Shown here: positions 46,782 through 56,836 of the stretch, one piece after another
Numbering within the stretch: the first letter of the stretch is position 1
Layout of the letters: the number at the start of each line of letters is the position of its first letter
Assembly (NCBI GenBank): GCA_016209705.1
Contig: JACQVR010000065.1
Coordinates: 965 to 64,964, forward strand
DNA length: 64,000 nucleotides
Source of the DNA: Planctomycetota bacterium
GTDB lineage: Bacteria > Planctomycetota > MHYJ01 > JACPRB01
Reading direction: 5' to 3'
Translations under genes and position numbers: made by a program
The notes under the pieces: generated by a model
Databases searched by the model: none
What the model was told of the DNA's origin: nothing
What the model saw: only the letters and a program-made list of their open reading frames with translations

Positions 46782-46797
46782 CACGAATAGGTCCACG

Positions 46798-48207
46798 TTA
46801 GACGATCCCGCACGCTGCTTCCGCGGGCTCGCGCAGCGTCTCCCTCAATCGCCGCAGTCCCTTCGTGAGTTGATCCTGGGTCCGAGGTTGTCCCAGGCAG
46901 ACGCGAATCGCGCTCTGGCAGGGAACCGGGCCCACCGCGAACGATTCCGCCGGTGAGACGGAGACGCCGTTGCGCCGGGCGCGGGCCGCGAACGCGTCGC
47001 CGCGCCACGGGTGGGGCAGCGGCAGCCAGAGATGGTAACTGGCGTCGCTTGCGCCGGAGGGGATGAACGTTCCCAGAATCTTCCGCGCCAGACCCATTCG
47101 CTCCGCCGCCTCTTTGCGGTGGCGGGTCACCAAGCGGGACGCGATGTCGCCGCAGATCCACGACGCCGCGATCTCCCCCATCAAAGGGGCCGCCATCCAG
47201 TTCGACATCCAGGCGCGCTCCGCCATGCGCTCCATCCCTTTGGGCGGCGCAAGCAGATACGCGATGCGCAGGCCCGGGGCGAGCAGCTTGGACGTGCCCG
47301 CGATGAAATAAGTCCGCTCCGGTGCGAATGAAGCGAGCGGCGGAGGCGCGCCTTCGAGCAGCGGGCCGTAGACGTCGTCCTCGACGATCGCAATCCCATA
47401 AGTGCGCGCCATGGCCGCAATCTCCCGCCGGCGCCGCTCGGGCATCACGATCCCGGTGGGATTCTGAAGGTTCGGCAGACAATAAAGCGTCTTGGCTTCT
47501 CCCTTGCGGCAGGCGGCTTCGAACGCATCCGGCCGTAACCCGTCACCGTCCATCGGGAGGCCGTGAAGGCGCAGATGGAGACGCCGCGCCAGGACCTTCA
47601 TTCCGCGATACGTGAGCGCCTCGGTCAGGACCGTGTCTCCAGGCCGCGTGATGGATCCGAATGCCACTTCCATCGCGTGCTGCGCGCCGGCGCAGATGAC
47701 GATCCGCTCGGGACGCGCGTCCAGGCCGAACCGGCGGATCCAGCGCGCGCCCGCAAGTCGGTGCGGCATGAATCCGGCGCGCGTCTGGTACTCCAGCAAC
47801 GGGCCCCAACGCTTCGAAGCGCGGAGCTTGCGAAACGATTCGTCCAGCGCGCGGCGGGCCTCGCCCTCCGCCAGAGGAGGCGGCCAGTTCTCGTCCATCG
47901 CGATTCCCGCCTCGCCGCGCTCCGGCTCCAAGGAAAGCGACGGCGTGTCCCCCGAGGAGCGGACGAACGTTCCGCGGCCGACCTCGCCGCCAATCAGGCC
48001 GCGCCGCTCCGCCTCCGCGTACGCGCGCGTCACCGTCCCGACGGTCACGCCCAATCGTTCGGCCAGCTCCCGGTGCGTGGGAAGCCGCGTTCCGGGCGCA
48101 AGCTTTCCTGCGTCGATGTCCGCCGCGAGCGTATCCGCGATCGACCGGTAGAGCGCGCCGGTCCGGTCCGTCAGCTTCGGGGTCCAGAGGGTCATGGCGA
48201 AATCCAT
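46798..48207 (-). CDS. MocR/GabR-type GntR regulator with PLP aminotransferase domain
   Basis: LPTHRELAERLGVTVGTVTRAY, QNPTG, EDDVYG, SKLLAPGLRI. Confidence 0.95.
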   Translation of the reverse strand: MDFAMTLWTPKLTDRTGALYRSIADTLAADIDAGKLAPGTRLPTHRELAERLGVTVGTVTRAYAEAERRGLIGGEVGRGTFVRSSGDTPSLSLEPERGEAGIAMDENWPPPLAEGEARRALDESFRKLRASKRWGPLLEYQTRAGFMPHRLAGARWIRRFGLDARPERIVICAGAQHAMEVAFGSITRPGDTVLTEALTYRGMKVLARRLHLRLHGLPMDGDGLRPDAFEAACRKGEAKTLYCLPNLQNPTGIVMPERRRREIAAMARTYGIAIVEDDVYGPLLEGAPPPLASFAPERTYFIAGTSKLLAPGLRIAYLLAPPKGMERMAERAWMSNWMAAPLMGEIAASWICGDIASRLVTRHRKEAAERMGLARKILGTFIPSGASDASYHLWLPLPHPWRGDAFAARARRNGVSVSPAESFAVGPVPCQSAIRVCLGQPRTQDQLTKGLRRLRETLREPAEAACGIV

Positions 48208-48221
48208 TGACGAGCGCCTTG

Positions 48222-48266
48222 AATAATTGTATCCATTATATGCTAATAATTGTATGGATACAATAA
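48222..48266. promoter_or_regulatory. MocR-type operator and divergent promoter
   Basis: Direct and inverted AATTGTAT…ATACAAT motifs between divergent genes. Confidence 0.75.
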
Positions 48267-49615
48267 AAACGAGCGCGCCGGCCGGCCGCTCGTTGACCCT
48301 CGGGCGCGTCTTCTGGTTCTGGCTGCCCTTGGGCTCCATGTGGCTCCTCATGAACGTGGAGCAGCCTCTCTGCGCCGCCGTCGTCGCCCGCCTGCCCGAC
48401 GCCGTGCGCAGCCTGGCGGCGTTCGGCCTGGCGTTCTCCCTCGCGGTGTTTCTGGAGAGTCCCATCGTCTCGCTCCTGACGGCCGGCAACGCCTTGGCGG
48501 TGAACCGCGCTTCGTATGCCCGCCTTCTCGGCTTCACGCACGCCATGAACGCGGTCTTGTTCGGACTTCACCTCACGATCGGATTGACGCCCATGTATCA
48601 GACGATCGTGTGCGGGTGGATCGGAGCGCCGGAGTCCCTCCTCCCGATCAGTCGAACGGCGTTTCTGTTGATGGCGCCATGTACGCCGCTGGTTGCCTAC
48701 CGGCGTCTCTGGCAGGGAGTGCTGATCCGGCATCATCGGCCGGGGAAAGTGGCGGCGGTCATGGTCGTGCGGCTGGCCGCCATGCTGCTGGCGCTGGTCG
48801 CCGGCTTGCTATGGGGCCGCTGGCCGGGCGCTTACGTCGGCACCGCCGCCATCAGCGTCGGCGTCGCCGCCGGCGCGCTGGCGGCCTGGATCTTCGCTCG
48901 GCCCTACCTTTCGAGCGGCGGGTCGGGGCGTTCCCTCTCCTGGAATCGCCTGCTTTCCTTTTATACTCCCTTGGGGTTGACGGGGGTCATCCATCAATCG
49001 GTGGAGCCGATCCTTTTCACCGCGATGAGCCATGCGGCGCTCCCCTTGGAGTCGCTGGCGACTTGGCCGGTGATGATCGGTCTGGTGGGCATCCTGATCG
49101 GCATGGGGCGCGCCCAGCAGGAAATCACCGTGGCGCTGTTGAACGACAGGTCTTCCTTCATTCAACTGCGGCGTTTTTCATCATGGCTGGCTTTTTCGAT
49201 GACGTGTTTCATGGCCATGGTGGCGCTCACGCCGGTGGGGTCGCTGTGGTTTGAGACTTTTAGCGGATTGAAGCCGGAACTGGCGCGGCTGGCCGAGTGG
49301 CCGGCGATCCTCTTCGCGATCGTGCCGGGGCTGGCCGTCTTCCGCTCATGGTGGCGGGGCGTCCTGATCCAGCGGCATCGGACGACTCCGGTCGGCATCG
49401 GGACGGCGCTCAATGTCGCGGTGCTCTTGATCTTTTCGTGGGCGGGCGTCGCGTGGAATGGGGCGCCTGGAATCGTCGTGGCCGCCGCGGCGTATGCCTT
49501 TTCGGTCGGGGCTGAATGCCTTTATTTGGGATGGCAGAGCCGCCTCGCCATGGCCGGCGCCGAAGGGCGGATCGAAATCGATGGCGCGACGATGCTGAAA
49601 GAGGAAGTGGTGTAA
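48254..49615 (+). CDS. MATE-like multi-TM transporter
   Basis: About 12 hydrophobic segments with internal duplication; divergent from the MocR gene. Confidence 0.75.
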   Translation: MDTIKTSAPAGRSLTLGRVFWFWLPLGSMWLLMNVEQPLCAAVVARLPDAVRSLAAFGLAFSLAVFLESPIVSLLTAGNALAVNRASYARLLGFTHAMNAVLFGLHLTIGLTPMYQTIVCGWIGAPESLLPISRTAFLLMAPCTPLVAYRRLWQGVLIRHHRPGKVAAVMVVRLAAMLLALVAGLLWGRWPGAYVGTAAISVGVAAGALAAWIFARPYLSSGGSGRSLSWNRLLSFYTPLGLTGVIHQSVEPILFTAMSHAALPLESLATWPVMIGLVGILIGMGRAQQEITVALLNDRSSFIQLRRFSSWLAFSMTCFMAMVALTPVGSLWFETFSGLKPELARLAEWPAILFAIVPGLAVFRSWWRGVLIQRHRTTPVGIGTALNVAVLLIFSWAGVAWNGAPGIVVAAAAYAFSVGAECLYLGWQSRLAMAGAEGRIEIDGATMLKEEVV

Positions 49616-49621
49616 AGTGTT

Positions 49622-49685
49622 TGGCTCGTAGCTGGTAGCTCGTGGCTGGAAGCAGCTACAAGCTACAGGCTGCCAGCTATCAGCT
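49622..49685. repeat. Intergenic palindromic heptamer element (TAGCTGG/AGCTACA-type)
   Basis: tggctcg tagctgg tagctcg tggctgg … agctaca agctaca ggctgcc agctatc agct. Confidence 0.8.
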
Positions 49686-49731
49686 TTCAGGGGATTCGGA
49701 CGCGGCGGATTTGCAACAGAGTGTGAGCGGC

Positions 49732-50313
49732 ATGAAATATTTGCTTCGCGTGGCGGCGGAACAAGATGCGGCGCAGATCCAGTCGATCTACGCGCCGGTC
49801 GTTCGCGATACGGCTATCTCGTTCGAAATCGTTCCGCCTTCCGCGGAGGAAATGGCGGGGCGAATGGCCAAGATTTCCCAGAAATACCCGTGGCTGGTCT
49901 GCGAAGATCAAGGGGAGATCCTCGGTTATGCGTACGCCGGCCCGCACCGCGAACGGGTGGCGTACCAATGGTCGGCGGAGGTGTCGGCTTATATTCGCGA
50001 AGGGATGCGGCGTCGGGGAATCGGACGGACCTTGTACGCGGCGCTCTTTCGGATCCTGGTGCTTCAAGGATACGTCAACGCCTACGCCGGCATCACGCTC
50101 CCGAATCCGGCGAGCGTGGGACTGCACGAAGCGTTCGGCTTCCGGCCGGTAGGAGTGTACCGAGGCATCGGTTACAAGTTCGGGGCGTGGCATGACGTTG
50201 GCTGGTGGCACTTTCCGCTTCAGCCGCCCCCGCGCGATCCGCGGCCGCCGGTTCCTTTTCCGCGGATTCGGGATTCCTCTGAGTGCGGCGCGGCGCTGGG
50301 GACATCACAATAG
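49732..50313 (+). CDS. GNAT N-acetyltransferase (phosphinothricin/ArsN1-like)
   Basis: TAISFE, RGIGRTLY, LPNPASVGLHEAFGF, GYKFGAWHDVGWW. Confidence 0.9.
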   Translation: MKYLLRVAAEQDAAQIQSIYAPVVRDTAISFEIVPPSAEEMAGRMAKISQKYPWLVCEDQGEILGYAYAGPHRERVAYQWSAEVSAYIREGMRRRGIGRTLYAALFRILVLQGYVNAYAGITLPNPASVGLHEAFGFRPVGVYRGIGYKFGAWHDVGWWHFPLQPPPRDPRPPVPFPRIRDSSECGAALGTSQ

Positions 50314-50326
50314 AAAGGAGAGAATT

Positions 50327-50806
50327 ATGGATCGAGGCGAGCATCTGCGGAAGTTGGCGGACACGATGGAGCGCACGCAGGCTGCTTTCGACGCGGGACC
50401 GGCCACGTTGGCCCGATCATACGGGCCGGGGAAATGGACGGCGAAGGAAATCCTCGGCCACGTGACCGATCACGAGCTGATCACGCTGACTCGGTTGCAT
50501 TTCATTCTGGCGGAGGACCATCCTCCGATTCCGCCTTACACGGCGGACCTCTGGCCGGCGCGGTTGCGATACAAGGATCAGGACGCAAACCTGCTCAAGC
50601 AGCTCTACGTGGCGGCGCGGCAAAACCTGATGCGGCTCGTCGAGACGATGACCGAAGCCGAGTTCGCTCGCACCGGCCGCCATCCGGAATACGACGCTTA
50701 CACGGCGGAGATGCTGATTCAGAAAGTCGCCGACCATAATGCGCATCACCTGACGCAGATCCAAGCCATCCGGGAGGGACGGACGTGGGAGCCTCCACGC
50801 GCGTGA
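50327..50806 (+). CDS. DinB/YfiT-family protein
   Basis: GKWTAKEILGHVTD, HNAHHLTQI; RBS AAAGGAG. Confidence 0.88.
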   Translation: MDRGEHLRKLADTMERTQAAFDAGPATLARSYGPGKWTAKEILGHVTDHELITLTRLHFILAEDHPPIPPYTADLWPARLRYKDQDANLLKQLYVAARQNLMRLVETMTEAEFARTGRHPEYDAYTAEMLIQKVADHNAHHLTQIQAIREGRTWEPPRA

Positions 50807-50871
50807 TGGAATTTGACATCGGTGGCCGAAAACGGCGAGTCTTCTCCACGGGCTCCAGGTACATTGACGCG

Positions 50872-52335
50872 ATGAATCCGACCGCCGCGCTCGATCCCGA
50901 GCGCTGCTACCGCGCGCTCGCGTCCCGCGACGCCCGCTTCGACGGCGTCTTCTTCGTCGGCGTCACCACGACCGGCGTTTACTGCCGGCCGGTGTGCCGC
51001 GCCAGGCTGCCGAAGCGCGCCAACTGCGTCTTTTTCGCCAGCGCCACGGCGGCCGAGCGGGAAGGGTTCCGGCCCTGCCTGCGATGCCGGCCCGAACTCG
51101 CGCCGGGGCGCGCCCCTGTGGACGCCGCGAGTCGACTCGCGGGCGCCGTGGCGGCGCGCATCGCCGCCGGAGGCTTCAACGGAACGTGGGTTCGCGACGC
51201 GGCACGGGGGCTCTCCGTCAGCGAACGCCGGTTTCGCCGCATGGTCAAACGCACCTTGGGCGTGGGGCCTTCCCGCCTGGCCCAGACGCACCGCCTCCTC
51301 CTGGCCAAGCGGCTGCTCACGGATTCGTCGCTGCCGATCACGTCGATCGCCTTCGCCAGCGGGTTTTCGAGCCTGCGCCGTTTCAATGCGCTTTTTCGCG
51401 AAAGGTACCGGCTTCACCCCGGCGCGCTCCGCAAATCGGCCGCCGGACGCGAACGTCAAGGCGAGAAGCTTATCTTCACGTTGTCCTACCGGCCGCCAAT
51501 GGCGTGGGATCGCCTTCTGGCGTTTCTCGCCGCCCGCGCCACGCCGGGTGTCGAGGTCGTGGAGGCGGGAAAGTACCAACGGACCGTCTCTCTGAATAAT
51601 CATCGCGGTTGGATTTCCGTCGGCCCGGACGAAACGCTTCACAACCTCCGCGTTGAAATGACTCCATCTTTGCTGCCCGTCCTGGGGTCGCTGCTTCTGA
51701 AACTCCGCCGCCTGTTCGATCTCGATGCGGAACCGAACCTGATCGAGGCGCATCTGACCGGCGATCCGCGGCTCCGTTCGCTCGTGCGGCGGCAGACGGG
51801 ATTGCGGATTCCCGGCGCCATGGATGGTTTCGAGCTCGCCGTGCGCGCCGTTCTCGGGCAGCAAGTGACGGTCAGCGCGGCGACGACGTTGGCCGGCCGG
51901 ATCGCCGCGGCGTGGAACGCGCCCGCCGAGACGGGACATCCTTCGCTGACGCGGTATGGCTTCGACGCGGCGCGTCTGTCATCGGTTCGCCCCGCGCGAC
52001 TATCCGCCATCGGCCTGCCCATGAAGCGCGCCGAGGCGATCGTGCGGCTGGCACGTGCGGTCGCGGAACGGGAGCTCGATCTCGGCGCCGGGGCGGAGTC
52101 CACGATTGAGCGGCTTCAGGATCTGCCCGGCATCGGCGCGTGGACGGCCCAGTACATCGCGCTTCGAGCGCTTCATTGGCCGGACGCCTTTCCCCATTCC
52201 GACCTGGCTTTGCGCAAGGCGCTGGGCGGCGCGTCGCCGCGGGACGTCCTGGCGGCGGGCGAGCGCTGGCGTCCCTGGCGCGGCTATGCGGTGATGCATC
52301 TGTGGAGTCCACAGTCCATAGTCCAGAGTCCGTAG
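50872..52335 (+). CDS. alkA: Ada-type Zn/AraC domain fused to AlkA DNA-3-methyladenine glycosylase
   Basis: RDARFDG…CRPVC…FRPCLRCRPE, AraC HTH, LPGIGAWTA, WRPWRGYA. Confidence 0.92.
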   Translation: MNPTAALDPERCYRALASRDARFDGVFFVGVTTTGVYCRPVCRARLPKRANCVFFASATAAEREGFRPCLRCRPELAPGRAPVDAASRLAGAVAARIAAGGFNGTWVRDAARGLSVSERRFRRMVKRTLGVGPSRLAQTHRLLLAKRLLTDSSLPITSIAFASGFSSLRRFNALFRERYRLHPGALRKSAAGRERQGEKLIFTLSYRPPMAWDRLLAFLAARATPGVEVVEAGKYQRTVSLNNHRGWISVGPDETLHNLRVEMTPSLLPVLGSLLLKLRRLFDLDAEPNLIEAHLTGDPRLRSLVRRQTGLRIPGAMDGFELAVRAVLGQQVTVSAATTLAGRIAAAWNAPAETGHPSLTRYGFDAARLSSVRPARLSAIGLPMKRAEAIVRLARAVAERELDLGAGAESTIERLQDLPGIGAWTAQYIALRALHWPDAFPHSDLALRKALGGASPRDVLAAGERWRPWRGYAVMHLWSPQSIVQSP

Positions 52336-52410
52336 TCGTACTCCCCCATCCTCGCCCCCGGGGGCTGCGGGGGGAGGAGACTATGGACTGTGGACTCTGG
52401 ACTATGGACT
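52306..52410. repeat. Palindromic heptamer element (AGTCCAN / GGACTNT) overlapping the alkA stop
   Basis: agtccac agtccat agtccag agtccgt … gactat ggactgt ggactct ggactat ggact. Confidence 0.85.
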
Positions 52411-52482
52411 TACAGCGTGGCGAAAACCAGCGTAGGAAACGTTGGGATGCGGCTTTGCCGCGCTGAGGCCGGGAGGAACTCC

Positions 52483-52980
52483 ATGAACGGAAGTGAGCGC
52501 TTCTTCAGCGTGCTCGGAAGCCCGATCGGCGACTTGACGCTCGTGGCGGATGATCATGCCTTGCTTGAAGTCAGCATGGAACACCCGTCGGCGCGCTCCG
52601 GCGCGGGCTTGCGGCGCGACGACCGTCGGCTGGCGGAGGCGCGCCGGCAGCTTCGCGCCTACTTCGCCGGCGAGTTGAGAGAGTTCCGGTTGTCGCTCGC
52701 GCTTCAGGGGACGCCGTTTCAGAGGCGCGTCTGGGCCGGGCTACAAACGATACCCTACGGCGAGACGATCAGCTATGCCGAGCTGGCGCGGCGGATCGGC
52801 CGGCCGAAAGCCGGCCGCGCGGTCGGCGGGGCGAATCACCGCAATCCGATCGCGATCATCGTGCCGTGCCATCGCGTTATCGGCGCGGATGGGACATTGG
52901 TCGGTTACGGCGGCGGCCTCGAGCGGAAGAAAACGCTGCTCGCGCTCGAAGCCCGCGTCGCGGCGCTCCTGAAAACGTAA
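52483..52980 (+). CDS. ogt: Methylated-DNA-protein-cysteine methyltransferase
   Basis: GTPFQRRVW, IPYGETISY, VPCHRV; RBS GGAGG. Confidence 0.95.
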   Translation: MNGSERFFSVLGSPIGDLTLVADDHALLEVSMEHPSARSGAGLRRDDRRLAEARRQLRAYFAGELREFRLSLALQGTPFQRRVWAGLQTIPYGETISYAELARRIGRPKAGRAVGGANHRNPIAIIVPCHRVIGADGTLVGYGGGLERKKTLLALEARVAALLKT

Positions 52981-53020
52981 CCCGACCTATTTGTGAACTA
53001 TTCGGGTTAAGGGTTGAACC

Positions 53021-54448
53021 ATGCTCCTTCTTGAACCCGGGCTTCGCCGCGATCTCTGGCAGGCCGTCGGAGAGGTCATCGAAAACTACGTGGAAAGCGT
53101 CTCCACGGATCGAGTCGCTCCGCCGCTCGATCCGGACCGCTTACGCTCCCTGCTCGCGCGGTTTGACTTCAACAGTCCCACGGAGCCGCGCGAGGCGATC
53201 GAATTCGCCGCCCGAAATCTGCGGGACCATCAGGTGCACGTGCCGCATCCGCGCTACTTCGGCATGTTCAATCCGGCGCCGGCCACGATGGGCATCCTGG
53301 GCGACGCGCTGGCCGCGGCATTCAACCCTCAACTGGCGGTGTGGAGTCACAATCCCTTCGCCGTCGAAGTGGAGCGTCACCTCGTGCGCGCGTTCGCGGG
53401 AAAGTTCGGCTGCGACCCCGATGGGGTGGAAGGCACGCTCTGCGCGGGCGGCATGGAGGCCAACCATACCGCCGTGCTGACCGCGTTGACGCGGGCCTAT
53501 CCGCGTTTCACGGAGGAGGGGGTCCGGAGCCTGGACGCCGAGCCCGTGCTGTACGTGACGCGGGAGTCCCACGACTCGTTCAAGAAAGCCGCGCGCTTGT
53601 GCGGTCTGGGAACGCGGGCCGCCGTACCCGTGCCCACGGACCGCGCCGGACGCATGGATCCGGCGGCGCTCCACGATCTGATCCGGCGTGACCGCGCCGA
53701 GGGGCGCAACCCATTCATGGTTGTCGCGACGATCGGCACCACCGCCGGCGGCTTCGTGGATCCGTTGGAGGCGATCGTCGATATCGCGGCGCGCGCAGGG
53801 CTCTGGTGCCATACCGACGCCGCGTGGGGCGGCGCCGCGGCGCTCGTGCCCGAGCTGCGGCATCTCGTGCGCGGCATCGAGCGCGCGGACTCGGTCACGT
53901 TCGACGCGCATAAATGGTTTTCCGTGCCGATGGGGGCGGGCATCTATTTCACGCGCCATGCGGGCCTTCTCGAAAAGACGTTTCGCGTCGGCGACAGTTA
54001 TATGCCTCGGGATGCGCGTCACTTGGACGTGACCGATCCTTACGCGGCCTCGATGCAATGGTCGCGCCGGTTCATCGGACTGAAGATCTTTCTCCCGCTC
54101 GCGGCGGCGGGCTGGAGCGGCTACGAGGAAACCATTCGTCACATGACCGCCATGGGCGCGCTGATGAAGGACAAGCTGGAAGGGTCCGGGTGGGAGCTCG
54201 TCAACGAATCGCCCTTGCCGCTGGCGTGTTTTTTCGATGCCACGCGTCCCGACGGGCGCTCCGCGGAATATCTCCAGGCCGTCTGTGATCGCGTGCTCGC
54301 TTCGGGCCAGGCGTGGATTTCGATGCCTCGAATCCTCGGCGGCCAACCGGCGCTGCGCGCGTGCATCTGCAATTACCGGACGGAGCCGGGAGACATCGAA
54401 TTCCTTGTGAGCGTTCTCGATCAGGCGCGGCGGGCCGTCGCCACATGA
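53021..54448 (+). CDS. Group II PLP-dependent decarboxylase
   Basis: HPRYFG, HTDAAWGG, DSVTFDAHKW. Confidence 0.92.
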   Translation: MLLLEPGLRRDLWQAVGEVIENYVESVSTDRVAPPLDPDRLRSLLARFDFNSPTEPREAIEFAARNLRDHQVHVPHPRYFGMFNPAPATMGILGDALAAAFNPQLAVWSHNPFAVEVERHLVRAFAGKFGCDPDGVEGTLCAGGMEANHTAVLTALTRAYPRFTEEGVRSLDAEPVLYVTRESHDSFKKAARLCGLGTRAAVPVPTDRAGRMDPAALHDLIRRDRAEGRNPFMVVATIGTTAGGFVDPLEAIVDIAARAGLWCHTDAAWGGAAALVPELRHLVRGIERADSVTFDAHKWFSVPMGAGIYFTRHAGLLEKTFRVGDSYMPRDARHLDVTDPYAASMQWSRRFIGLKIFLPLAAAGWSGYEETIRHMTAMGALMKDKLEGSGWELVNESPLPLACFFDATRPDGRSAEYLQAVCDRVLASGQAWISMPRILGGQPALRACICNYRTEPGDIEFLVSVLDQARRAVAT

Positions 54449-54466
54449 TGAGGGACAATCATCCTT

Positions 54467-54679
54467 TCAGCGCGTGAACGAACTGTTCGACCGTTGATCC
54501 TGCTCTCCTTCAAGCCATGCTTGGATCGCTTCTCGGATGTTCTGAAGGGCTTCGCGGCGGGTGCGTCCCTGGCTGATGCAGCCGGGAAGCGTCAAGCATT
54601 CGACGGTCCACCAGCCATCCGGATTTGTCGCCAGTTTTACGTCGAATTCGATCTCTGGAACGACGACTCGCGCAACCAT
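54467..54679 (-). CDS. HicB-family antitoxin-like protein (no adjacent hicA seen)
   Basis: LPGCISQGRTRREALQNIREAI. Confidence 0.8.
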   Translation of the reverse strand: MVARVVVPEIEFDVKLATNPDGWWTVECLTLPGCISQGRTRREALQNIREAIQAWLEGEQDQRSNSSFTR

Positions 54680-54737
54680 TATTGGGATTCTACCGGGGTC
54701 GAGCGAAATTGTCGAATCGAGAAGAAAGATGGACGTT

Positions 54738-55055
54738 TCAAGCTCGTCCTGATCTTCCCCAAATCCGCATCAGTGTTTGGGCATTTGCAGGCGCGCGGGC
54801 GCCCACGTCGTTGTTGAAGTAGAGCCACGCTTCGCGCGCGCCGGACGTTCGAATGCGCCGCGCCCACGCCTTGAGCTCGGCGTCCGAATAGTCGTGATGG
54901 TACCAGCGATGAACCCCATGAAAGCGCACGTATACGGTCCGGAATATTTTGGCGTAGCGCTCCTCGAACCACCGCGCCGTCGGTAGACCCTCCGGGTAAA
55001 AATACCCCTTCCAGCTCCGGTACAGCCATCCCGTGCAGCCGATCCAAGCCTTCAT
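54738..55055 (-). pseudogene. DUF72-family protein with in-frame internal deletion
   Basis: N-terminal IGCTGWLY…FYP joined directly to C-terminal YVRFHG…YFNND; 105 aa, much shorter than usual. Confidence 0.75.
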
Positions 55056-55105
55056 GGGCACTCTCATTTCAAGTCCAGGCGCCGGCCTCTTGAGCGGAAG
55101 CCGCT

Positions 55106-55310
55106 TTACCTCATCCAAAGCAGGGACGAGAGGGAAATCGGCACAATGCGAGGGTCCGGCACTACGACATCGTCTTCCAGGGTGACCAGAAGGCCGAAGG
55201 GAGCGTTATAGACGGTCTTCTCCATGAAGGCGCGCAGCCCCAGCGTATCCTCGTGCGGGTCCACGCGCTTTCGATATTTCACTTCGATCGGGATCCTGCG
55301 CGTTCCCACC
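55106..55310 (-). pseudogene. C-terminal fragment of an ATP-binding (DUF4143-like) protein
   Basis: IPIEVKY… nuclease-like C-terminus with no N-terminus. Confidence 0.55.
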
Positions 55311-55781
55311 GGACGTGCCAGCTCGATCGCACGCATCGCGATGTGCAAACTGGCGCTCGCGCGCTCGGGCCGGCGCGCGATGGACGATCTGGGATGGGCG
55401 CTCGACATCTTCGCGCACCGGCGCGGGGAACTCGATATGATCTTGGGCTACACGGGAACGCACCTCTGGCACGACTTCGGCAACGCGTCGTATTTCTTTC
55501 TTTACTGCCACTGGTACGCCGCGGCGGCGTGTGGCTATCTGAAGAAGGAAGACGAGGAGCGCGCGCCACGTGGGTTATCTCATTCAGGAGGCGTTGCTCA
55601 AGGTGTAACGAGAGCAGGGCACGTGGTGGGACCACAAACTGGGCGGCGAGGTCTGCGGGACGGCGATGGCGCGCTTGGCGCTGGGGGAACTCAAATGGCT
55701 TTGCCCCCGCGCGTTCGAAACGCCAATCGAATCGTTGAAGAAGCCCAAGGCGCCGAGAAAAGAGTTCTGAGCACTTATTGG

Positions 55782-55810
55782 TTGACAATAATATCGTGAC
55801 ACGATATGAT
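55782..55810 (+). promoter_or_regulatory. Sigma-70 promoter with palindromic HigA operator
   Basis: TTGACA-17 nt-TATGAT; ATATCGTG-A-CACGATAT at 55791-55807. Confidence 0.88.
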
Positions 55811-55818
55811 TTCCCGGC

Positions 55819-56103
55819 GTGATCCGCTCGTTCCGGAATGCAGAGACCGAGCGGGTGTTTTCGGGAATTCGATCGAGGAGCTTTCCTCCGGAGATTCAGC
55901 GCGCGGCCTTGAGAAAGTTGATCATGATCCACCGTTCCGGGACCCTTGCGGACCTTCGCGTTCCGCCGGCCAATCGGCTCGAAAAGCTTTCCGGTGGACG
56001 GAAGGGTCAATATTCTATTCGGATCAACGATCAATGGCGCGTTTGCTTTCGCTTTCAGGAGGGAGACGTTTGGGACGTGGAGATCGTTGACTATCACGCA
56101 TAA
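55819..56103 (+). CDS. higB: HigB-family toxin
   Basis: MIRSF…PPANRLEKL…YSIRINDQWRVCF…EIVDYH. Confidence 0.93.
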   Translation: MIRSFRNAETERVFSGIRSRSFPPEIQRAALRKLIMIHRSGTLADLRVPPANRLEKLSGGRKGQYSIRINDQWRVCFRFQEGDVWDVEIVDYHA

Positions 56104-56115
56104 GAAAGAAGAGCC

Positions 56116-56442
56116 ATGGCCAAGAGGAATCAAACGCCGCACGGCTTTCTGGATCCCATCCATCCGGGAGAAATCCTCATCGAGGAGTTCCTCAAGCCGA
56201 TGGGACTGTCGCAGTACCGCTTGGCCAAGGACCTGAGGATTTCGCCCATGCGGGTCAGCGAGATCGTGCGCGGTCGGAGAAGCATCAGCCCGGCCACCGG
56301 GCTTCTCCTCTCCCGGTATTTCGGGATGTCGGAATCCTTTTTTCTCGGCCTTCAAGAGGAATACGACCTTCGCAGGGCCAAGCAGGACGCTCAGGTGAAG
56401 AAAGCCTTGGCACGGATCCGGCCGATTCGACATGTGGGATAA
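56116..56442 (+). CDS. higA: HigA-family antitoxin
   Basis: PIHPGEIL, LSQYRLAK, HTH. Confidence 0.93.
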   Translation: MAKRNQTPHGFLDPIHPGEILIEEFLKPMGLSQYRLAKDLRISPMRVSEIVRGRRSISPATGLLLSRYFGMSESFFLGLQEEYDLRRAKQDAQVKKALARIRPIRHVG

Positions 56443-56460
56443 ACTTCTTGGGGGGTGGAC

Positions 56461-56721
56461 ATGAACCCGTGCGCTTTGGACGAGCTTGAAAAGATGGCCC
56501 AGGGCAATCGACGATTCGGAGCCCGGCTGCGCATCGTTTCCGGAATCGGCCTCATCCTTTTCGGACTTGCCTTGTCCGTTGGGTGCGGCGCGATGCTGAT
56601 CGATACGGTGACCCACACCGGCTTTCAGGCCGGCTCATCAATCGCCTTCTTTGGCCTGGGCGCGCTTCTCGGCCTCGCCTCGTTGATCGGCGGCGTGCGA
56701 CTGCTCCGTGGCCGCCTCTGA
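56461..56721 (+). CDS. Small two-TM hypothetical protein
   Basis: Two hydrophobic helices. Confidence 0.5.
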   Translation: MNPCALDELEKMAQGNRRFGARLRIVSGIGLILFGLALSVGCGAMLIDTVTHTGFQAGSSIAFFGLGALLGLASLIGGVRLLRGRL

Positions 56722-56836
56722 TGACCGACATGGCGGGGCCGTGAGCTTCCCGCGCATCGTCGGTCTGCCAATCCTTGACCCGGCGGATGCCACCGGACAG
56801 TCTATCCGTAGGTTAAATGACCTACATAAAGGTGAC

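Noticed and set aside
55311..55600. Coding-like stretch (…FFLYCHWYAAAA…)
   Set aside because: Probably a gene relic, but no start, family or boundaries can be supported
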